Origin: an uncultured Aeromonadales bacterium
GTDB lineage: Bacteria; Pseudomonadota; Gammaproteobacteria; Enterobacterales; Succinivibrionaceae
Assembly: GCA_902776275.1 (NCBI GenBank)
Contig: CACYPI010000002.1
Coordinates: forward strand, 5,750-69,749
Length of the DNA stretch: 64,000 nucleotides
Direction: 5' to 3'
Each line of letters begins with the position of its first letter. Position 1 is the stretch's first letter. Under the pieces are notes generated by a model. The model was given only the letters and a program-made list of their open reading frames with translations. It was not told the origin of the DNA and searched no databases. Shown in pieces: positions 55,008 to 63,444 of the stretch. Both the position numbers and the translations under genes were made by a program.

Positions 55008-56154
55008 AGCGCAATTCAAGCTCTGCGACACTCCCGAGAGCGTGAAGGAGCTCGCCGAGGCTATCTCAGCCTCAGGCAGCGAAGGCTTCATCTCGCTTGA
55101 CACCGAGTTCGAGCGCACCAAGACCCTGCTCCCCAGGGCCGCGGTGATCCAGCTGCGCTTTGACGGGCGGACCTATCTTGCTGATCCTGTCTCATGCGGC
55201 ATCGACGAGGTGGTGGCCGCGCTGTGCCGCACCAGGCGCACCGTGCTGATGTTCTCGGCGCGCGAGGATCTCGAGGTCATAGCCGCGCTCTCAAAGGCAG
55301 GCGGCATCGAGCCCAGGCTCCCTGCAAGCATCGAGGATCTCCAGCTCATGGGGGCCTTCCTGGGGCGCGGGCACATGCTGGGGCTTGCCGCCTGCGTGCA
55401 GGGCGAGCTCGGCGTCACGCTCGAGAAGGCCGAGACCCACTCCGACTGGCTGGCCCGGCCGCTGACGGCATCCCAGCTTGAGTACGCCGCGCTCGACGTG
55501 CTCTACCTTGAGGATCTGAGGGGGAAGTACCTGCAGGGCCTCAAGCAGGATGACCGCAGGCTTTCGTGGTTTTCCGATGAGATGAAGTCCATGTGCGCCG
55601 ACGCGCTCAAGGAGCCAGTTCCCTCGGAGCTTTACCGCCAGGTGCAGGGGGCGGGCGCGCTCAACCGCCGCGCGCTGCAGCGGCTTTGCTACCTCTGCGC
55701 CAGGCGCTACGAGTATGCGCATGAGCACAACGAGGCCCTAAACCGCGTCATCACCGGCAAGGCGCTGTGCTCGATTGCCGAGCACACCCCGCTCACCACC
55801 CAGGGGCTGGCCTCCTGCGGGGTGAACTGGGGCGCGGTGCGCCAGCACGGGCACCTGATCATAGGCTGGGTCAAGGAGTCCATGGCGCTGCCCGAGGAGG
55901 ACGTGGCGCCCGCCTATGACGCCTTCAGCCCGGGCAGGACGCTGCGCTCGAGCGCAGAGGGCATGAAGCACGCGCTCGCCTCGGCTGCGCGCAAGGCCGG
56001 GATCGCCCCCGAGCTCATCTGCACCAAGAAGCTCATCAACGACTACTTCTACGCAAGGCGCACCGGCGGCACGCCCAAGCTAGACTCCGGATGGTGCCGC
56101 GAGTGCCTGGGCGGCCTCGATCTCAAGGCCGCCGCTTACGGCAAGCATCACTGA
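55000..56154 (+). CDS. rnd: Ribonuclease D
   Basis: The start ATGGCTGA overlaps the fadD stop. DEDD exonuclease motifs (LDTEF, SAREDLEV, YAALDVLYL) plus an HRDC-like C-terminus. Confidence 0.9.
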   Translation: MAEAQFKLCDTPESVKELAEAISASGSEGFISLDTEFERTKTLLPRAAVIQLRFDGRTYLADPVSCGIDEVVAALCRTRRTVLMFSAREDLEVIAALSKAGGIEPRLPASIEDLQLMGAFLGRGHMLGLAACVQGELGVTLEKAETHSDWLARPLTASQLEYAALDVLYLEDLRGKYLQGLKQDDRRLSWFSDEMKSMCADALKEPVPSELYRQVQGAGALNRRALQRLCYLCARRYEYAHEHNEALNRVITGKALCSIAEHTPLTTQGLASCGVNWGAVRQHGHLIIGWVKESMALPEEDVAPAYDAFSPGRTLRSSAEGMKHALASAARKAGIAPELICTKKLINDYFYARRTGGTPKLDSGWCRECLGGLDLKAAAYGKHH

Positions 56155-56167
56155 GAAGCCCTCCAGG

Positions 56168-56190
56168 TCCCGGGATCGCCGGGATTTTTA
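56168..56190 (+). terminator. Rho-independent terminator of rnd
   Basis: TCCCGG-GATCG-CCGGGA, followed by TTTTTA. Confidence 0.55.
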
Positions 56191-56290
56191 TTCGCTTTTC
56201 TTTTTCCTTTGAATTTTCAGGCAGGCAAAGCCTGGCGACGGCCTCGTTTGGCGCACAACCGGCTCTTGCGGCAAGGATTGAAAGGGAAAG

Positions 56291-56330
56291 GCAGAATACA
56301 GAACAGCCGCGGGGGATCCCCCAGCGGCTG
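56291..56330 (-). terminator. Candidate minus-strand terminator inside an otherwise unassigned intergenic region
   Basis: On the minus strand, CAGCCGC-T-GGGGGATCCCCC-GCGGCTG (a long hairpin with one bulge) is followed by TTCTGTATTCTG. Confidence 0.4.
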
Positions 56331-56733
56331 CCTGCTAAACGGCTTGTATCCGGGACATGGCGCAGTGCTTGTGTTAGCTCTTCAAACAGACTTCACCGCG
56401 CCAGACGATCCCCGCCGTTCACGTGTCAGATGGGGACTTTTTGTCGATTGGAGAGCGGCCGGACAAACAGGGGATTACGGCCCCCGGTTGCGCTGGACCA
56501 CTTCATGGTCTGTGCCTCACCTGACACTGTTGATGTTAGTTGGACCTTGGCGCTTATTCCACCTAGTGCCTTCAGACTTGCCTGCCTTGTCACAAAAAAG
56601 CTGTGAAAGTACGCTTTTCATCTTTAAAAATGTGCTTGAGATCATAAAACAACTTGTTGATTTAAAAGCTGTATAATCAACATACAAGTCGTTTTCACAG
56701 TCAATTGGATGCATGAGGCGAAGGCCATAATTT

Positions 56734-57417
56734 TCAGAAGGGGCGGGAGTTTACGAGCGCGCGGACGGCCCTGGCGGTGCGCCAGATCTCCTGCACCCCG
56801 TGATCCCCAAAGTTGAGCTCAAAGCGCACCCCTGTGCCGAGATCGCCAGCCGTTCGGGCGCATTCCCGCGCCGCCTCCTCGGTGAGCGCCACCTGCGGAT
56901 CGGGGGCGCGCTTTTCGCGGTCGCCAACTGAGATGTAGACGCGTTCGGGGCGCCCCTTGAAGCCGTGTTCCTTGAAATACGCGGTGAAGCCCGGGTACCA
57001 CAGCGATCCCGAGACGCTGCCTATGCGTGTGAAAAGGCCAGTCTGCGTCGCGGCCCACAGCGAGAAGAGCCCCGCCATCGAGTAGCCGCAGAGCACGCGC
57101 GCTTTCGGTGCCTCTCCCAGGAGTTCCTCGGCCTTGGGGACGAGCGTTCCTACAAGCAGCTTTAGGAAGTCCATCCCTCCAGGACGAAATAGCTTGGCGT
57201 GCCGGAGCGTGAGCTCGGCCTTCCAGGGCGTCATGTCGGAAAACCAGCTTAAGCCGCTTATGCAGATCAGGTGGTGGGCGTGGCAGGGGATCTTGGCTAC
57301 CTCCTTTAAGAGGGCCTGCTGATCGTCCTCGTAGAGCGGCACGTAGCAGGCGGGGAGATCCCTGCCTTCGCCCTTGAACACCGTGACGGTCCTGCCGCCT
57401 GCCTCAAACTGCTCCAT
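56734..57417 (-). CDS. Alpha/beta hydrolase, putative esterase family
   Basis: Start MEQFEAGG after GGAGGG. Nucleophile elbow GYSMAG. There is a later His (GDHG) near the C-terminus. Confidence 0.7.
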   Translation of the reverse strand: MEQFEAGGRTVTVFKGEGRDLPACYVPLYEDDQQALLKEVAKIPCHAHHLICISGLSWFSDMTPWKAELTLRHAKLFRPGGMDFLKLLVGTLVPKAEELLGEAPKARVLCGYSMAGLFSLWAATQTGLFTRIGSVSGSLWYPGFTAYFKEHGFKGRPERVYISVGDREKRAPDPQVALTEEAARECARTAGDLGTGVRFELNFGDHGVQEIWRTARAVRALVNSRPF

Positions 57418-57501
57418 GCGCCCTCCATCAAGGCCCTGATGATCTATCATCCAATTTTACCCATGGAAGGAGCGGCATTTGCGATGCTAATGGCAGGGAC
57501 G

Positions 57502-57526
57502 AAAAAGCCCGGGCATGTGCCCGGGC
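57502..57526 (-). terminator. Rho-independent terminator of sglT
   Basis: On the minus strand, GCCCGGGC-ACAT-GCCCGGGC is followed by TTTTTCG. Confidence 0.7.
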
Positions 57527-57552
57527 CTTGGTGCCTTGTCAGATCCTGGCGG

Positions 57553-59193
57553 TTACCAGAAGACAGCGTAGAGCACGGCGACGATGATCATCACCGCGTA
57601 GGAGGCGACCGCGAAGCCGCCGGAGGTCTTGAAGGTGTCGGCGGTCAGCACGATGCCCTTCGGATCGTCGTCATTCTCGGAGGTGGCCAGCGAGACGAAA
57701 ACGATGGTGGCGATGGTCAGGACGCAGGTGTACATCATCTGATCCATGAACGGCATGCTGATCGGGAGAAACTTCAGAAGCAGCGCGATGGGGATCGAGG
57801 CCAGCACGCCGATGATGGCACCCTTGGAAGTGGTGTGCTTCCAGAACAGGCCGCAGAGGAACACCGCGAGGATGCCCGGGCTGACGAGGCCGGTGTACTC
57901 CTGGATGTACTGGAAGGCCTGGTCGAGCACGCCCAGCATCGGAGCGACGAACACGGCGATGACGAGGGCGACCACGGCGGTCAGGCGGCCGATGTTGACC
58001 AGCTTGAGCTCGGAGGCGTTCTTGTCGATGTAGGTCTTGTAGATGTCCATCGTGAAGATGGTCGCGGTGGAGTTGAGCATCGAGGCCAGCGAGGAGACGA
58101 TGGCGGCAGCCAGGGCTGCGAAGACCAGGCCCTTGAAGCCGGAGGGCAGGAATTGCGCGACCCAAGGATAGGCGCGGTCGGCGTGCTCGAGGCTCGGCAT
58201 GGAGTCGGCGTTGGAGACCAGGGCGCCGAAGGTGCTCGCAAGCTTCTCCTGCAACGACGGATCATTGAGGATCACATAGGCGGCGATGCCAGGGAGGACC
58301 ACGATGATCGGGGTGATGAGCTTGAGGAAGGCAGCGAAGGCCAGGCCCTTCTGGGCCTCGTCGAGGCTCTTGGAGGCGAAGGTGCGCTGGATGATGTACT
58401 GGTTGAAGCCCCAGTAGTAGAGGTTGGCCACCCACATGCCGCCGATGAGGACCGCGACGCCAGGGAGGTTCTTGAACTGAGGATCGCCCTGGGAAAGGAT
58501 CATCTTGAAGTGCTCGGGGGCGACGTCCAGCATGTGGCTGAGGCCGCCGAAGAAGCCTGCGTCGCCGCCAACGAAGCTGACGGAGAGGTAGGTGGTGGCG
58601 AAGCCGCCGATGATGAGGACGGCAACCTGGATGACATCGGTCCAGACGACGGAGGAAAGGCCGCCGTAGACGGAGTACACGAGGGCGAACAAGGCCAGGC
58701 CGATCACGGTGTACATCATCGGGATGCCCATGATGATCTGCAGCGCGGTGCCGCCGAGGTACAGTACCGAGGAGAGATTGACGAAGATGTACAAGCAGAT
58801 CCAGAACACCGCGAGAATGGTCTTGAGGGTCTGGTTGAAGCGCTTTTCAACGAACTCCGGGATGGTGTAGATGCCCTGCTTGATGAAGATCGGCATGAAG
58901 AACTTCGCGACGAGTAGCAGCGTGATGGCCGCCATCCACTCGTAGGCGGAGATGCCCAGGCCGATGACGAAGCCCGAGCCGGACATGCCGATGAACTGCT
59001 CGGCTGAGATGTTGGCGGCGATCAGCGAAGCGCCGACGGCCCACCAGGGGATCGACTTGCCAGCCAGGAAGTAGCCTTCGGTTGAGGCGCGGTTCTTCTT
59101 GGACACGGTCAGGCCGACCGCAACGATGACAATGGCGTATACGGCGAAGATGATCCAGTCGATCGCCGCAAGACCTTGCTGTGTAGTTTCCAT
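57553..59193 (-). CDS. sglT: Sodium/sugar (glucose-galactose) symporter, SSF family, vSGLT-like
   Basis: 546 aa. Long stretches match Vibrio vSGLT as I remember it: YFLAGKSIPWWAVGASLIAANISAEQFIGMSGSG, IPEFVEKRFN, and FQYIQEYTGLVSPGILAVFL. Confidence 0.9.
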   Translation of the reverse strand: METTQQGLAAIDWIIFAVYAIVIVAVGLTVSKKNRASTEGYFLAGKSIPWWAVGASLIAANISAEQFIGMSGSGFVIGLGISAYEWMAAITLLLVAKFFMPIFIKQGIYTIPEFVEKRFNQTLKTILAVFWICLYIFVNLSSVLYLGGTALQIIMGIPMMYTVIGLALFALVYSVYGGLSSVVWTDVIQVAVLIIGGFATTYLSVSFVGGDAGFFGGLSHMLDVAPEHFKMILSQGDPQFKNLPGVAVLIGGMWVANLYYWGFNQYIIQRTFASKSLDEAQKGLAFAAFLKLITPIIVVLPGIAAYVILNDPSLQEKLASTFGALVSNADSMPSLEHADRAYPWVAQFLPSGFKGLVFAALAAAIVSSLASMLNSTATIFTMDIYKTYIDKNASELKLVNIGRLTAVVALVIAVFVAPMLGVLDQAFQYIQEYTGLVSPGILAVFLCGLFWKHTTSKGAIIGVLASIPIALLLKFLPISMPFMDQMMYTCVLTIATIVFVSLATSENDDDPKGIVLTADTFKTSGGFAVASYAVMIIVAVLYAVFW

Positions 59194-59367
59194 ATTTTGT
59201 ATTTCACCTTTGAATGTTTACTTGTCTTCCCCTTTCCCAAGGGGGCAGCCTCCCGTTAGCGCCGCGGTCTGGCTGCGTGGGGAAGATCCCCTGGGGAGGC
59301 GGTAGCCTCCGGAGGGCCGGGCTGCCTGCGCCCGGCGTCTGCCGGCGCAGGCATGGCATGCCGGCGC

Positions 59368-59383
59368 TGGTAAACGTTTACAT
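59368..59383. promoter_or_regulatory. LacI/GalR-type operator candidate upstream of sglT
   Basis: TGGTAAACGTTTACAT contains the perfect 12-bp palindrome GTAAACGTTTAC with a central CG, about 180 nt upstream of the sglT start. Confidence 0.5.
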
Positions 59384-59940
59384 GGGCATTATATTGGCAG
59401 TTTTGCCAGTTTCAAGTTTTGACGCGAAAAGCGCGTAAAGGCATGCGCCAGTGGCGGATGGCTATGAATTAGTTTCAAGCTGCTTTATTGGCAGAATTTT
59501 TATGAAAACTGTTTTCATTTTGAAAAGGCGATTAAAAAAGCATTTGCCTATTTTGAGAAAACGGTGTGCGCGAGGATGGTAAATCGCGCCGGCAACGCTT
59601 GCGGAATTTTGCGGAAAAACAGGGCCTGGCGGAGTGCCAAGGCCAACTTGATGATAAATAAGGACTACACCAAATTGTCCTGTTTTGACGAATTTGTGAT
59701 CCCTATCCAAATTCAGCAGGAGGACTTTGTCAAATCCTGTCGCTTGTCACACTTTTTTCAAGCAATGGCATGCAGAGCCGGCGCCCCCTTTCGTGAAAAC
59801 TCCTGCAAAAATGGGAGAAGCTCATGAGAACGCACGGAATTTTCAGGGAATTTGACAGCCGATCCATTTGACAAGTCACATTGAGGCTACAATCAGGTAA
59901 AGCGCGGCCAGGCCGCGCGCGCATGCAATAAGGAGCGGAC

Positions 59941-60951
59941 ATGGATCTTCCTGAGAAGGTGTTCCTGGTCGGAGTGCCGTATCCCTGGTACCAGGCCATC
60001 AAGGCCCATTACATCGTAAGCGGCTCCAAGAGCGTCAACTGCTGGAGCTCGCTTTCTGAGACCTCCTCCTACGGCGGGCCCGTGCCAGAGCCCGGGGCGC
60101 TCGTTATGTTCACGGTCAGTTGCGGCGGCAGGACCTACATCTGCGGCGGCGGCTTCTACTGCGCCAGCAGGACCATCGAGCCTGCCAAGGCCTGGGAGCT
60201 CTACGGCGTCAACAACGGCGCCGACAGCTACGAGGACTTCCTAAGAGAGCTTCAGGCGGCCGGATGGCGGCAGGGCGAGAAGATGTCGGCAAACGTGCTG
60301 AATGGCTGCTTCGCCTTCTCGCGCCACGAGTCCTACCCGATCCCGGAGGAGCTTGGGATCAGGATCGAGGCGGGCTCGACGGCCTGCTTCTCGCTTGACA
60401 GCCCCGAGGGCAGGTTCCTGGCGCTCGTGACCATGGAGCGCCGCTCCCCGCATCTGCGGCCCGGCACCTTCAACAACGAGTGGCCGGGGATCTACCTCAT
60501 GGCCGCCGAGAAGCACGCCCGTGACTACTCGATAGTCTTCTTCACGCAGATGCTGCGCGCCTACGATTTCCGCTGCGCCATCACAGGCGATCGGACCCAG
60601 CCGCTTTTGGACGTCGCGCACATCAGGACCTTCTACGACGAGCGCTTCACCAAGCCCGGCAACGGCATAGTACTGCGCTGCGACATCCATCGCCTCTTCT
60701 CCCAGGGCTACATCACCTGCGAGTACGCCTCCGACAGCGAGGTCGTGGTCATTGTCTCAAGGGATCTCAAGGTCGCAGGCGGCGGCGAGTACATGAAGTA
60801 CGACGGCGTGAGGATCTCGCTTCCAGAGGACAAGGCGATGTGGCCCTCGCGCGACTACCTGATCTGGCACAAGGAGCGCCGTTTTGAGAACTGGCTGCGC
60901 TTCGGCGCGGTCAAGCCTGCCAATGAGAACCAGGGGACGGTGTCGATATGA
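59941..60951 (+). CDS. HNH endonuclease (HNH_2 type) with an N-terminal PUA-like domain, putative modification-dependent restriction enzyme
   Basis: AAGGAG lies 5 nt upstream of the start. The C-terminal half reads FRCAITGDRTQPLLDVAHIRTF...GNGIVLRCDIHRLFSQGYI (the HNH_2 pattern). The N-terminal half has GGGFY...AKAWELYGVNNGADSYEDF, typical of the domain fused to these nucleases. Confidence 0.7.
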   Translation: MDLPEKVFLVGVPYPWYQAIKAHYIVSGSKSVNCWSSLSETSSYGGPVPEPGALVMFTVSCGGRTYICGGGFYCASRTIEPAKAWELYGVNNGADSYEDFLRELQAAGWRQGEKMSANVLNGCFAFSRHESYPIPEELGIRIEAGSTACFSLDSPEGRFLALVTMERRSPHLRPGTFNNEWPGIYLMAAEKHARDYSIVFFTQMLRAYDFRCAITGDRTQPLLDVAHIRTFYDERFTKPGNGIVLRCDIHRLFSQGYITCEYASDSEVVVIVSRDLKVAGGGEYMKYDGVRISLPEDKAMWPSRDYLIWHKERRFENWLRFGAVKPANENQGTVSI

Positions 60952-61583
60952 GGATCGCAGTCATAGGGGCCGCCGGAGAGCCCGGGCGCAGGATCGTAGC
61001 CGAGGCCGAGAAGAAGGGGATCCAGGTGACCTCGGTGGTGTCCGATCCCTCGGCCATGCCGGGCAGCGGGCCCGTGATCATCAAGGACTTCAGGGATCTC
61101 GACAAGGGGGATCTCGAGGGCATGCACGCGGTGGTGGACGCCGAGTCCTTCCCGCGCATCGGCAGGTACAACTCCGACGATCTGCCGCTGTGGCGCATCG
61201 GTGCGCTGCTTCAAGGCTCCGCCGCGGGCCTGCTTGCGGTGGGCTCTACCTCCTCGCTTTACGCCGACTCAAGCCGCAGCAGCATGGTCACCGACGACTG
61301 CTGCATGACCCAGGGCGGGCACGAGCAGGCCTTGAGGCTCTGCGCCACCGCCTCGAGGAGGCTGCGCAGCGAGCGCTCGTTCAAGTGGACGCTGCTGTGC
61401 CCGCCGCTCATCCTCGACAAGGACGCGCCAGCCACGGGCTCATTCATCTTCGGGGACGACGTGCTCCCCATGGGGCTTGACGGCAGCAGCCGCATCTCCG
61501 GGGCCGACTTTGCAAGGGCCTGCGTCGATCTGCTCCTGCGCGGCCTTGAGCCCTACGCCGTCGCCTCGGTGAGGAGCGCATAG
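60948..61583 (+). CDS. NAD(P)H-binding (NmrA/atypical SDR-like) protein
   Basis: ATGA overlap with the HNH gene. The N-terminus MRIAVIGAAGEPGRRIV is a Rossmann glycine motif. 211 aa. Confidence 0.65.
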   Translation: MRIAVIGAAGEPGRRIVAEAEKKGIQVTSVVSDPSAMPGSGPVIIKDFRDLDKGDLEGMHAVVDAESFPRIGRYNSDDLPLWRIGALLQGSAAGLLAVGSTSSLYADSSRSSMVTDDCCMTQGGHEQALRLCATASRRLRSERSFKWTLLCPPLILDKDAPATGSFIFGDDVLPMGLDGSSRISGADFARACVDLLLRGLEPYAVASVRSA

Positions 61584-61610
61584 CCTGGCCCTGGGTTTGG
61601 CGGGGCGGTC

Positions 61611-61646
61611 AAAAAAGCCCTCCTGGTCTCCCAGGAGGGCTTTTTT
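61611..61646. terminator. Bidirectional rho-independent terminator
   Basis: AAAAAA-GCCCTCCTGG-TCTC-CCAGGAGGGC-TTTTTT, between convergent genes. Confidence 0.8.
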
Positions 61647-61664
61647 AATGCCTGCTGTCTAAGG

Positions 61665-63233
61665 TCAGGCCGCTGCCGCGGCCTTTTTCTCGGCGCTGAG
61701 GTTGCGGCGGTGCATCACATAGACTGACGCGATGAGGAGCACGAGCGCGGAGCCCAGGCTCAGGGGCAGGCTGTAGGTGAGGCCTGCGATGACGTAGCCC
61801 ACGAAGGCGCAGATCGCCGTTATGACCGCGTAGGGCAGCTGGGTGTAGACGTGGTCGATGTGCACGCAGCCGGCGCCTGCCGACGAGAGGATGGTCGTGT
61901 CGGAGATCGGCGAGCAGTGGTCGCCGAACACCGAGCCTGCCAGGGTGGCCGACAGGGTGATCACGATGAGGTCCTGCGCGGAGGGATCGAGGGCCTGCGC
62001 CACGGAGACGACGATCGGGATCAGGATCCCGAAGGTGCCCCAGGCGGTGCCGGTGGAGAACGAGAGGAAGCCTGCGATCGCGAAGATCACCGCAGGCAGC
62101 ACGGCGGCCAGGAAGCCGGTGTCGTTCTTGACGATCTCGGAGATGAAGACCTGGGTCTGCAGCAGATCGCGGCAGACGCCGGAGATGGTCCAGGCCAAGG
62201 TCAGGATCATGCAGGCCGGCACCATGGTCTGCACACCGCGGAGCATGCCGTCCATGAAGGTCTTGAGGCTCATGAGCCTGCGGCCGACAAACATCGCGAA
62301 GGCGACCACGAGCGCCCCGAAGACGCCGAGCACCAGGGCGGGGCCCGCGTCGGTGTTGCCGAACGCCGCGCTGATGGTGTGGTAGGCCGCGTCATCGCCC
62401 CAGTAGCCGCCGACGTAGAGCAACGACATGGTCGAGAAGATGATCAGCATGACGATCGGCACGATCATGTCCCAGACGGTGCCGTCGGCCTTGACGTCGA
62501 TGTCGCGGTTGCCCGCGTCGGCCTTGAGATCGTCGCGATCGGAGATTTCGCCCTTGATGGCGCGCTCCTCGGCCTTGAGCATCGGCCCGAAGTCGAGCTT
62601 GCAGAACGAGAGGATCAGCACGAGGGAGATGCACAGGAGCGCGTAGAAGTTCCAGGGGATGGTGGAGACGAAGGCGCCCATCTCGGAGGAGAAGGCCTTG
62701 GTGTCCTTGAGGTTGGAGCCCACTGCCGCGGCCCACGAGGAGATCGGGGCGATGATGCAGACGGGGGCTGCGGTGGCGTCGATGATGTACGCCAGCTTCT
62801 CGCGGGAGATCTTGTAGGTGTCGGTGATCGGGCGCATCACGGTGCCGACGGTCAGGCAGTTGAAGTAGTCGTCGATGAAGATGAATGCGCCTAGCACCGA
62901 GGTGGAGACCATCGCGGCGCGGCGATCCCTGATGTGGCCAGTGGCCCACTTGCCGTAGGCCCTGGTTCCGCCGGCGAGCGTGATCACGTACACGAGCGAT
63001 CCCAGGAGCGAGCAGAAGAGCACGATGTTGATGTCGAACTTGCTGGCAAGCACCTTGAAGGCGTTCTCGACCGTGCCGACCACGATGTTGCCGTCGGTCC
63101 CGACGGTGTAGATGCAGGTGCCGGCCATGATGCCGATGATGAGGGAGGAGAAGACCTCCTTGGTGGCCAGCGCGAGCACGACTGCTATCACCGGCGGCAG
63201 GATCGAAAGCCATCCTGCGTTGATGGGATCCAT
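61665..63233 (-). CDS. nhaC: Na+/H+ antiporter NhaC-family transporter
   Basis: 522 aa, polytopic. The N-terminus WLSILPPVIAVVLALATKEV and the overall pattern are typical of the NhaC/MleN family. Confidence 0.85.
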   Translation of the reverse strand: MDPINAGWLSILPPVIAVVLALATKEVFSSLIIGIMAGTCIYTVGTDGNIVVGTVENAFKVLASKFDINIVLFCSLLGSLVYVITLAGGTRAYGKWATGHIRDRRAAMVSTSVLGAFIFIDDYFNCLTVGTVMRPITDTYKISREKLAYIIDATAAPVCIIAPISSWAAAVGSNLKDTKAFSSEMGAFVSTIPWNFYALLCISLVLILSFCKLDFGPMLKAEERAIKGEISDRDDLKADAGNRDIDVKADGTVWDMIVPIVMLIIFSTMSLLYVGGYWGDDAAYHTISAAFGNTDAGPALVLGVFGALVVAFAMFVGRRLMSLKTFMDGMLRGVQTMVPACMILTLAWTISGVCRDLLQTQVFISEIVKNDTGFLAAVLPAVIFAIAGFLSFSTGTAWGTFGILIPIVVSVAQALDPSAQDLIVITLSATLAGSVFGDHCSPISDTTILSSAGAGCVHIDHVYTQLPYAVITAICAFVGYVIAGLTYSLPLSLGSALVLLIASVYVMHRRNLSAEKKAAAAA

Positions 63234-63444
63234 GATTTGCTTCCTTTGATTCTCAAACTCAGAACAAGCGCTCGCTTTTAGTGCGAACGCCTCTATTTCA
63301 GGTTAAATTTTAACGCTCAGTGCACACAAAGCCAAAAAATGCATCGTGACGGTGCGCAGGGCGTGTGAAAAAACCGAGAGCAGGGTCAAGGATGGATCAA
63401 AAAGTGCGGACTGGAGCCGCGCTTTTGGTAGATGGAGGGACGCC

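Noticed and set aside
56200-56600. Possible RNase P RNA, tmRNA, 6S, 4.5S/SRP or CsrB-like RNA
   Set aside because: Neither strand shows a diagnostic string: no GGAAAGTCCGGGC-type P4 element, no tRNA-like CCA end or tag ORF, no SRP GGAA tetraloop context, and few GGA motifs. It is kept only as an unexplained region.
57439-58917. 492-aa plus-strand ORF
   Set aside because: It is antisense to the vSGLT-like symporter, whose protein is colinear with a known family. The antisense translation is a D/G/E/H-rich artefact.
59852-59893. Sigma70 promoter for the HNH gene from TTGACA (59868-59873) and TACAAT (59888-59893)
   Set aside because: The spacer is only 14 nt. A second ATTTGACA copy at 59851-59857 is 30 nt away. 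The hexamers are good, but the geometry is wrong for a standard promoter, so it is not listed as a feature.
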